This document shows positions 18,988 through 25,803 of a DNA stretch of 32,000 nt, piece by piece (position 1 is the stretch's first letter; the number at the start of each line of letters is the position of its first letter). Source of the DNA: Microcystis aeruginosa NIES-843 (GTDB lineage Bacteria > Cyanobacteriota > Cyanobacteriia > Cyanobacteriales > Microcystaceae); assembly GCF_000010625.1 (NCBI RefSeq), contig NC_010296.1:2580001-2612000 (forward strand), in the 5' to 3' direction. Made by a program: the position numbers and the translations under genes. The notes beneath the pieces are model-generated. The model searched no databases and was not told the DNA's origin. It saw nothing but the letters and a program-made list of their open reading frames with translations.

Positions 18988-19060
18988 GGGGGTTTAGCTC
19001 AGTTGGTAGAGCGCCTGCTTTGCAAGCAGGATGTCAGCGGTTCGAGTCCGCTAACCTCCA
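18988..19060 (+). tRNA. tRNA-Ala (anticodon UGC)
   Basis: 73-nt cloverleaf folded by hand: acceptor gggggtt/aacctcc with the G3:U70 alanine identity pair, anticodon loop ttTGCaa, T-loop ttcgagt. CCA is not encoded. Confidence 0.95.
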
Positions 19061-19137
19061 TAGCATCTCCCCCATAGTCCTGACTGATTCACTTTTGCTT
19101 GGTGATTAGCTCAAGTCTTTTTGGGAAGACAATTAGC

Positions 19138-19355
19138 TAGGGTTTGCTGAAAAAATCTAAAAACTTTGTTGGGTAAGACTTTTAAACCTTTTATCAATCA
19201 AAAAGTACCAGATATGGGAGTGATCGGGGGGAAAATTCAGGGACTTTTTCCCTGAAAATTAGGTAATTGACCCCCTCAAAATCGGTAAAACCCTACACCC
19301 TACACCCCACACCCCGCACCCTGTCCCCACCAACAAACTTGTTCGGCAAACCCTA
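19138..19355 (+). mobile_element. MITE copy 3 (TA-flanked, termini GGGTTTGC/GCAAACCC)
   Basis: About 214 bp, non-coding, reverse-complement match to 1829-2045. Ends 8 bp before the recO ATG. Confidence 0.8.
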
Positions 19356-19363
19356 ATTATTAA

Positions 19364-20146
19364 ATGATGTCTCGTACCTATCAAGCTACTGGAATCAATC
19401 TACAAGGAATGACCTTCGGAGAAGCCGATCGCCTCTTAACTATTTTGACCGCCGAGTATGGTTTAATTAGAGCCATCGCTCCAGGTGCGCGCAAGTATAA
19501 ATCTTCCCTCCGGGGTAGAAGTGAACTATTTGTGGTCAATAATCTGTTAATAGTCGCAGGAAAATCCCTAGATAAGGTCGTGCAAGCCGAAACTATCGAA
19601 TCTTATCCCAAATTAAGTCAAAATCTCGCCAAACTCACCGTTAGCCAATACCTCTGCGAACTGGTTTTGGCGATCGCACTGAGCGAACAACCCCAGAGGG
19701 AATTATACGAATTAATCTGCGGCCATCTGGCCAGAATTGAAGTCCTCGACGAGAATCAATACATACTTCCCTACCTTTGTCAAGCAATTTTTCATTTCTT
19801 AATAATTGCCGGCTTAGTGCCGCAAGTCCATAACTGCCTGTTGACGGGAAAAGCTTTAATTGGGGACAATTGCCTAGGATTTAGTTTCGAGGCAGGGGGC
19901 ATAATAGATCTGGCTGCCCTCACAGAAACAATCAACCCGCCCAAAATCGATAGTAAACTGACGCGGCAAGAACTGCAATTACTGCAATGCCTAGGAAAAA
20001 CCGATTTTCCCCCAGAAGAAAACCTTACCTCAGAACTAGCTTGGATTAACCTCGATCGCCTGCTGCGCCGCTATACTCAATATCATCTGGGAAAAACTTT
20101 TCGCTCCTCGGCATTAGTTGAGGGTTTATCTCCCTTAGAATTTTAA
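19364..20146 (+). CDS. recO: DNA repair protein RecO
   Basis: 260 aa. N-terminal OB-fold pattern YQATGINLQGMTFGEADRLLTILTAEYGLIRAIAPGARK is typical of RecO. Confidence 0.85.
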   Translation: MMSRTYQATGINLQGMTFGEADRLLTILTAEYGLIRAIAPGARKYKSSLRGRSELFVVNNLLIVAGKSLDKVVQAETIESYPKLSQNLAKLTVSQYLCELVLAIALSEQPQRELYELICGHLARIEVLDENQYILPYLCQAIFHFLIIAGLVPQVHNCLLTGKALIGDNCLGFSFEAGGIIDLAALTETINPPKIDSKLTRQELQLLQCLGKTDFPPEENLTSELAWINLDRLLRRYTQYHLGKTFRSSALVEGLSPLEF

Positions 20147-20168
20147 ACAGATAGTAAAAGTTATCATA

Positions 20169-21659
20169 ATGCAACTGTTTGACTCAGAAACTAGCGACGC
20201 TAATTCTAGCGACTCCTCCACTCCTATTTTTAATTCTTCCGATTCCTCACCGAGGCAATCCGACGCAGAAACCATGAACCGCTTGCCTAAACGTGCGCCC
20301 AAATCCAATCCTAGTCAGGGTTTTGCCCCAGTGCTAAAAAACCCGCGCTTTCTCACTCTCTGGGCGGGGGGAATTTTTTCCCAATTAGCGGATAAATTCT
20401 ATTTAGTCCTGATGATCTCCCTAATTGCCACCCATTACCAAGAAGCCGATCAATCGATTAGCGGCTGGGTATCGGCGATAATGATTGCTAATACAATTCC
20501 GGCGGTGTTAGTGGGTTCGGTGGCGGGTGTATATGTTGATAGATGGTTAAAAAAACAAGTTTTAGTTATTTCTAACCTTTTACGCGGGGCTTTTGTCCTC
20601 GTCATACCCCTATTATTATGGTTAGTGCGCGAGCAAACTTTAGCGGTTCCCCTCGGTTGGTTGCCTGACGGTTTAAGAAATTGGCATTACCGGTTACAGG
20701 GAGAATTTAATTTACCCTTCGGTTTTTTCCTGTTGTTAGTCATTACTTTTCTTGTCTCCACCCTAACCCAATTTTTTGCCCCCGCCGAACAATCTACCCT
20801 GCCATTAGTGGTAAAACGTCGTCATCTTCTACCCGCTAATTCCCTCAACACTTTAACCACCATGGCAGTATTAATTATCGGTTTTGCCATCGGTGAACCG
20901 GTATTAGCTTTTGCTGATAGCATTTTCGGCACGAGAGCCGGACAATTTGATATTGGCAAAGTGATGATTGTCGGTGCTTTTTATATAATTGCCGGTTTAA
21001 TTCTAATTATCCTGCGAACTAGCGAAAAATATGTTATTCCTACCGCAGAACAGCCCCATGTTTGGGAAGATATCCGCGACGGCATTCGTTACCTCAACAA
21101 AAATCATAAAGTTCGTAACGCTCTAATTCAATTAGTCATCTTATTCTGTATTTTTGCTGCTCTATCAGTATTAGCCGTCAGTATGGCGGAAAAACTACCC
21201 GGGTTAAAAGCTTCTCAATTCGGCTTTTTATTAGCCTCCTGTGGTGCAGGAATGGCAGTTAGTGCGATTACTTTGGGTTATTGGGGCCAAAAATTCTCCC
21301 ACACCCAATTAAGTCTCTGGGGTTCCCTGGGTATGGCGGCAGCTTTAATCGGTTTATCTCTAGCCACAAAGAGTTTAATTTTAGCCTTCGCTATGACCGC
21401 TTTATTAGGGATTTTTGCCGCTTTAGTCGGGGTTCCCATGCAAACTACCCTACAGGCAGATACACCCCCCGAAATGCGCGGTAAAGTCTTTGGTTTAGAA
21501 AATAATGCCGTTAATATTGCCCTCTCTTTACCCTTAGCTGTCGCGGGTATCGCCGAAACTCAATTCGGACTCCGACCGGTACTATTAGCTTTAGCAGTTA
21601 TGGCAGTTATCGGCGGCGGTTTTACTTGGTATGTTTCTCGCAATTTATCTAAAGATTAG
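20169..21659 (+). CDS. MFS transporter
   Basis: 496 aa, about 12 hydrophobic segments, GVYVDRW loop motif, Ser/Asp-rich N-terminal tail. Confidence 0.75.
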   Translation: MQLFDSETSDANSSDSSTPIFNSSDSSPRQSDAETMNRLPKRAPKSNPSQGFAPVLKNPRFLTLWAGGIFSQLADKFYLVLMISLIATHYQEADQSISGWVSAIMIANTIPAVLVGSVAGVYVDRWLKKQVLVISNLLRGAFVLVIPLLLWLVREQTLAVPLGWLPDGLRNWHYRLQGEFNLPFGFFLLLVITFLVSTLTQFFAPAEQSTLPLVVKRRHLLPANSLNTLTTMAVLIIGFAIGEPVLAFADSIFGTRAGQFDIGKVMIVGAFYIIAGLILIILRTSEKYVIPTAEQPHVWEDIRDGIRYLNKNHKVRNALIQLVILFCIFAALSVLAVSMAEKLPGLKASQFGFLLASCGAGMAVSAITLGYWGQKFSHTQLSLWGSLGMAAALIGLSLATKSLILAFAMTALLGIFAALVGVPMQTTLQADTPPEMRGKVFGLENNAVNIALSLPLAVAGIAETQFGLRPVLLALAVMAVIGGGFTWYVSRNLSKD

Positions 21660-21669
21660 CGGAACTTTT

Positions 21670-21745
21670 CAGTTATCAGTGATCAGTTATCAGTAATCAG
21701 TAGTTAGGAGTTAGGAGTTAGGAGTTAGGAGTCAGGAGTCAGGAG
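21670..21745. repeat. Compound heptamer arrays: CAGTTAT/CAGTGAT/CAGTAAT, then GAGTTAG x4 and GAGTCAG x2
   Basis: Direct reading immediately 3' of the MFS gene. Confidence 0.9.
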
Positions 21746-21752
21746 ATTGAAT

Positions 21753-21785
21753 AGAAAACGGGTTTCTTGAAGAAACCCGTTTTCT
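21753..21785. repeat. 33-bp palindrome copy 1 (agaaaacgggtttcttGaagaaacccgttttct); possible bidirectional intrinsic terminator
   Basis: 16-bp perfect arms around one central base, with A-run/T-run flanks. Confidence 0.85.
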
Positions 21786-21795
21786 GGATCACCCT

Positions 21796-22260
21796 ATTGC
21801 AGACAAAGAGCGAGCTAAGGTTAAGGCGGAATGTCTGCGCTTGTTAATCACTTTAAGGTTAGATGCGGCGAAAATGGAATTAATTTCTGGATTTATTGAT
21901 ACTTATCTCAATCTAAATCCTGCCGAAGAGATACAATTCCAAGAAGAGATTAGCACATTTAGTCAACCCGTACAGGAGGGAGTTATGCAAATTACCACCA
22001 GTTGGATGCGTCAAGGTATCGAACAAGGTATCGAACAAGGTATTGAACGCGGTATTGAACGCGGTATTGAACGCGGTATCGAACGGGAAAAGACATTGAT
22101 TCTTCGTCAACTTAAACGAAAGTTAGGGGAGATTAATCCTTTATTAGAAACTCAAATTATGGAGTTAAGTATTGATGATGTCGAAGCATTAGGAGAAGCT
22201 TTATTCGACTTCTCTGCGGTTGAAGATTTAATCAATTGGTTAAATACTTTAACTGCCTAG
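21796..22260 (+). pseudogene. 5'-truncated copy of the Rpn-like gene at 23637-24593 that keeps only the C-terminal DUF4351-like module
   Basis: Nucleotide homology to 24141-24593 starts at 21796, 10 bp after palindrome 1, and runs about 30 bp past the stop. The nuclease domain is absent. In-frame ATGs at 21874 and 21985. Confidence 0.8.
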
Positions 22261-22286
22261 CTTTGACGTTAGCGATCGCCTTTTGG

Positions 22287-22319
22287 AGAAAACGGGTTTC
22301 TTAAAGAAACCCGTTTTCT
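22287..22319. repeat. 33-bp palindrome copy 2
   Basis: agaaaacgggtttcttAaagaaacccgttttct. Confidence 0.85.
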
Positions 22320-22385
22320 GCGTAAGTACAGTATATCACAAAAATTGCTTCGGTGGTTCAAGAGAACTGATAACTGATAACTGAA

Positions 22386-23327
22386 ATGACTAACCCAAAT
22401 ACTGATTTTGATACTCCTTGGAAAGATGTCTTAGAAATCTACTTTGAAGACTTTGTTTCCTTCTTTTTTCCTCAAGCTCACGCGGGTATTGATTGGAATC
22501 AAGGCTTTGAATTTCTCGACAAAGAACTTCAACAAGTGGTGCGGGATGCTGAGTTAGGCAAACGTCTCGTCGATAAGTTGGTGAAAATTTATCGTATGGC
22601 GGGAGAAGAGACCTGGGTTTTAATCCACATAGAAATCCAGGGTCAGCGAGAAATTGACTTTGCTGAACGGATGTTTGTCTATTACTACCGTATTTATGAT
22701 CGTTACAGGCGTTCAGTAGCGAGTTTGGCAGTTTTAGGTGATGATAATGCTTCTTGGCGACCCAATCAATTTGAGCGTGAGTTATTTGATTGTCAAGTGA
22801 GTTTTCGCTTTCCGGTCGTCAAGTTGCTAGAATTTAAGCAGCAGTGGTCAGCTTTAGCAGCCAGCCGCAATCCTTTTGCTACAGTCGTGATGGCGCATCT
22901 CCAAGCTTTAGAAACTCGGCAAAACCGAAAAAAGCGCAAAGAAGCGAAATTAGCATTAACTAAACGGTTGTACGAACAGGGTTATCAACGAGAGGATATT
23001 ATCAACCTCTTTAAGTTTATCGATTGGCTGATGAGCTTACCCACTGAATTAGAACAGGAGTTTCAACAGGAATTAAATCAGTACGAGGAGGAAAAACGAA
23101 TGCCTTATATTACCAGTGTTGAAAGAATGGGAATGGAAAAAGGGATGAGAGAATCTGTCATTGATGCCCTTGAGATTCGGTTTGAGAATGTGCCTTCTGA
23201 ACTGGTTAATAAGATTAGCCAAATTCAAGACACTTCTCTTCTGAAAAATCTCTTAAGACAAGCGATTACTCTTGACTCAATCTCAGATTTTCAGGACTAT
23301 TTAAATCAGTTAATCAAACCTGAATAA
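22386..23327 (+). CDS. Rpn/YhgA-like PD-(D/E)XK nuclease (putative transposase family) with a DUF4351-like C-terminus, type A
   Basis: 313 aa. N-terminal DTPWKDVLEIYFEDFVSFFFPQ. Nuclease core VDKLVKIY...WVLIHIEIQGQ...ERMFVYYYRIY. C-terminal MPYITSVERMG...RFE...SLL..LL module. Confidence 0.7.
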   Translation: MTNPNTDFDTPWKDVLEIYFEDFVSFFFPQAHAGIDWNQGFEFLDKELQQVVRDAELGKRLVDKLVKIYRMAGEETWVLIHIEIQGQREIDFAERMFVYYYRIYDRYRRSVASLAVLGDDNASWRPNQFERELFDCQVSFRFPVVKLLEFKQQWSALAASRNPFATVVMAHLQALETRQNRKKRKEAKLALTKRLYEQGYQREDIINLFKFIDWLMSLPTELEQEFQQELNQYEEEKRMPYITSVERMGMEKGMRESVIDALEIRFENVPSELVNKISQIQDTSLLKNLLRQAITLDSISDFQDYLNQLIKPE

Positions 23328-23361
23328 TTCTGGTTTGTCCCCCAGCTTACCCTCAATATCA

Positions 23362-23394
23362 AGAAAACGGGTTTCTTCAAGAAACCCGTTTTCT
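23362..23394. repeat. 33-bp palindrome copy 3
   Basis: agaaaacgggtttcttCaagaaacccgttttct. Confidence 0.85.
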
Positions 23395-23548
23395 GGATTT
23401 CTGATGATCGCCTGTTGGGAAAAATTTGTAGCTTATTATACAGACTTATACGGTGCGTTACGCTAACGCTAACACACCCTAAGAGTGAGCTAACCCGCTC
23501 CACTTTTGTCCACTTTTATTGATTTAATGTCCACTTTTACTGTAAGTC

Positions 23549-23577
23549 TTGTCAAGTAACCTTAAACTTGTTAGAAT
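23549..23577 (+). promoter_or_regulatory. Candidate promoter TTGTCA - 17 nt - TAGAAT for the gene at 23637
   Basis: -35 at 23549-23554 and -10 at 23572-23577. Preceded by three TCCACTTTT direct repeats. Sequence match only. Confidence 0.45.
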
Positions 23578-23636
23578 CAAAAAGTTATTATTTTCTGGTA
23601 GTCATTCATCGCTCAGATTAGTTAAGATGATATTAC

Positions 23637-24593
23637 ATGACTAATAATATTGACCATGATCGCTTATTTAAGGAGTTAATCTCCACCTTTTTTGTCGAAT
23701 TTATTGAGTTATTTTTTCCTCAAGTAATGGATTATTTAGATAGGGACTCGATTACTTTTTTAGACAAAGAAGTATTTACTGATGTCACGGAAGGAGAAAG
23801 GTATGAAAGCGATTTAGTAGCACAAGTTAAGTTTCGCGGAAAAGAATCTTTCTTTCTGATTCATGTCGAGGCGCAGGAAAGTTCTCGAAAATGGTTTAAT
23901 CGGCGAATGTTTACTTATTTTGCTCGCTTTCATGAGAAATTTGTCTTACCGATTTATCCGATTGTAATTTTTTCTTACTCCCAGCCCAAAAAAGAAGCAA
24001 TTAGTCAGTATGTAGTCGATTTTACCGATTTTAAGGTGTTAGAATTTAACTATCAGGTAGTGCAGTTAAATCGATTAAATTGGCGAGATTTTCTCAATCA
24101 GCCAAATCCGGTTGCTTCAGCTTTGATGGCTAAGATGAACATTGCCGAGAAAGAGCGAGCCAAAGTTAAAGCGGAATGTCTGCGCTTGTTAATTACTTTA
24201 AGGTTAAATCCTGCGAAAATGGAATTAATTTCTGGATTTATTGATACTTATCTCAATCTAAATCCGGTGGAAGAGATACAATTTCAAGAAGAGATTAGCA
24301 CATTTAGTCAACCCGTACAGGAGGGAGTTATGCAAATTACCACCAGTTGGATGCGTCAAGGTATCGAACAAGGTATCGAACAAGGTATCGAACAAGGTAT
24401 TGAACGGGGTATTGAACGTGAAAAGACATTGATTCTTCGTCAACTTAAACGCAAGTTAGGGGAGATTAATCCTGCATTGGAAACTAAAATTATGCAGTTA
24501 AGTATTGATGATGTCGAAGCATTAGGAGAAGCTTTATTCGACTTCTCTACGGTTGAAGATTTAATCAATTGGTTAAATACTTTAACTGCTTAG
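23637..24593 (+). CDS. Rpn/YhgA-like PD-(D/E)XK nuclease with a DUF4351-like C-terminus, type B
   Basis: 318 aa. The HDRLFKELISTFFVEFIELFFP N-terminus resembles the HD..FK start of E. coli Rpn proteins. Core FLIHVEAQ...RRMFTYFARF. C-terminal (GIEQ/GIER)5 plus LRQLKRKLGEI module. Confidence 0.7.
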   Translation: MTNNIDHDRLFKELISTFFVEFIELFFPQVMDYLDRDSITFLDKEVFTDVTEGERYESDLVAQVKFRGKESFFLIHVEAQESSRKWFNRRMFTYFARFHEKFVLPIYPIVIFSYSQPKKEAISQYVVDFTDFKVLEFNYQVVQLNRLNWRDFLNQPNPVASALMAKMNIAEKERAKVKAECLRLLITLRLNPAKMELISGFIDTYLNLNPVEEIQFQEEISTFSQPVQEGVMQITTSWMRQGIEQGIEQGIEQGIERGIEREKTLILRQLKRKLGEINPALETKIMQLSIDDVEALGEALFDFSTVEDLINWLNTLTA

Positions 24594-24643
24594 TTCTTAT
24601 GTTAGCGATCGCCTTCTGACAACAACCCACTAAAATTGTCATA

Positions 24644-25672
24644 ATGAAACAAACAACCGCCAATTATGATGAACCCTGGAAAGAAGCATTAACCGAGTAT
24701 TTTGAAGCATTTTTATACTTCTTTTTTCCCGAAGTTCACCAACTAATTGATTGGACAAAAATTCCCGAATCCCTAGAAAAAGAACTCAAACGGATTACCG
24801 CTTCAGCAAGGACAAAAAAACGTTTTGCTGACAAACTCTATAAAGTTTGGTTACTCAGGGGTGAAGAAATCTGGATTTTGATTCATATTGAAATTCAAAG
24901 TCAATACGAAGAAAATTTCTCTCAGAGGATGTATATTTATAACTATCGGGCCTTTGATTTGTATCAGAAACCGGTTATCAGTCTCGCTATATTAGGGGAT
25001 GAACGAGTAAATTGGCGACCAGATTCCTATAATTATACTATCGCTGGTTGTGAAGTCAGCCTCAAATTCCCAACGGTTAAATTACTGGACTATGAGGAAA
25101 ACTGGTCAGAACTAGAAACAAGTAGCAATCCCTTTGCTATAATAGTCATGGCACACCTGAAAACAAAAGCGACTACTGGGAAGCTGCCAGAACGGGAACA
25201 GTGGAAGTGGAGGTTAATCAGAGGATTATATGAAAAGGAGTTCGAGAGGGAACAAATAATTAAATTATTTGAAATCATCGACACAATGATGACTCTATCA
25301 ACTAAATTACAGTCAAGTTTAGAAAGTAAAATCAAACAATTTGAGGAGGAAAGAACCATGCCTTTAATGAGTAATATGGAGTTACGGGGAAGGAAAATTG
25401 GTGAGGAAATTGGGGAGTTACGAGGAATAGAACGCGGTAGGGAAATCGGTAAGGAAATTGGTAAGGAAATTGGTAAGGAAATTGGCGCGTTAGAAAAAAG
25501 CCGCGATGACATAAAAACAGTTTTAACTGTGCGGTTTGGACAGATTTCTTCAGAAATTGAAGAGATAATCGGCAAAATGACTAACCCTACTATCTTAGAA
25601 GAGCTACTAAAATTAGCAGCTACCGCTAATTCTCTCGCAGAATTTAAGCAGTCTTTGGCAAGAATCCAATAA
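24644..25672 (+). CDS. Rpn/YhgA-like PD-(D/E)XK nuclease with a DUF4351-like C-terminus, type A (diverged paralog of 22386-23327)
   Basis: 342 aa. DEPWKEALTEYFEAFLYFFFPE, ADKLYKVW...WILIHIEIQSQ...QRMYIYNYRAF. C-terminal EIGK repeats plus VRFGQISSEI module. Confidence 0.7.
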   Translation: MKQTTANYDEPWKEALTEYFEAFLYFFFPEVHQLIDWTKIPESLEKELKRITASARTKKRFADKLYKVWLLRGEEIWILIHIEIQSQYEENFSQRMYIYNYRAFDLYQKPVISLAILGDERVNWRPDSYNYTIAGCEVSLKFPTVKLLDYEENWSELETSSNPFAIIVMAHLKTKATTGKLPEREQWKWRLIRGLYEKEFEREQIIKLFEIIDTMMTLSTKLQSSLESKIKQFEEERTMPLMSNMELRGRKIGEEIGELRGIERGREIGKEIGKEIGKEIGALEKSRDDIKTVLTVRFGQISSEIEEIIGKMTNPTILEELLKLAATANSLAEFKQSLARIQ

Positions 25673-25688
25673 TCTTATCCTAATATCT

Positions 25689-25721
25689 AGAAAACGGGTT
25701 TCTCAAAGGAACCCGTTTTCT
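25689..25721. repeat. 33-bp palindrome copy 4 (variant agaaaacgggtttctcaaaggaacccgttttct)
   Basis: 12-bp perfect outer arms; the centre differs from copies 1-3. Confidence 0.8.
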
Positions 25722-25803
25722 GTAAATTTTTGTTATATCCCCCTTGAAAAATTGGCGCTTGTTGGGCTAAAATTATTAGCAATAAACTTTTGCTGTTACT
25801 GTC

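Noticed and set aside
21753-21785. Treating the 33-bp palindromes as terminal inverted repeats of mobile units carrying each Rpn-like gene
   Set aside because: Each palindrome is self-complementary rather than one of a pair. Copies occur only on the 3' side of genes, and no target duplications are visible. A terminator or REP-like reading is simpler; the idea is kept only as a minor possibility.
21913-22110. 65-aa and 61-aa minus-strand ORFs (also at 24258-24443) with FNTAFNTAFNT repeats
   Set aside because: They are the mirror image of the GIEQ/GIER 12-bp repeat and keep an open frame only because of the repeat.
23306-23503. 65-aa minus-strand ORF between the Rpn-like genes
   Set aside because: It spans palindrome 3 and the intergenic promoter region, and has no start context or motifs.
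25090-25575. 161-aa minus-strand ORF overlapping the Rpn-like gene at 24644-25672
   Set aside because: It is antisense to a well-supported ORF. Its low-complexity SLPISLPISLP segment is just the mirror of the EIGK repeat.
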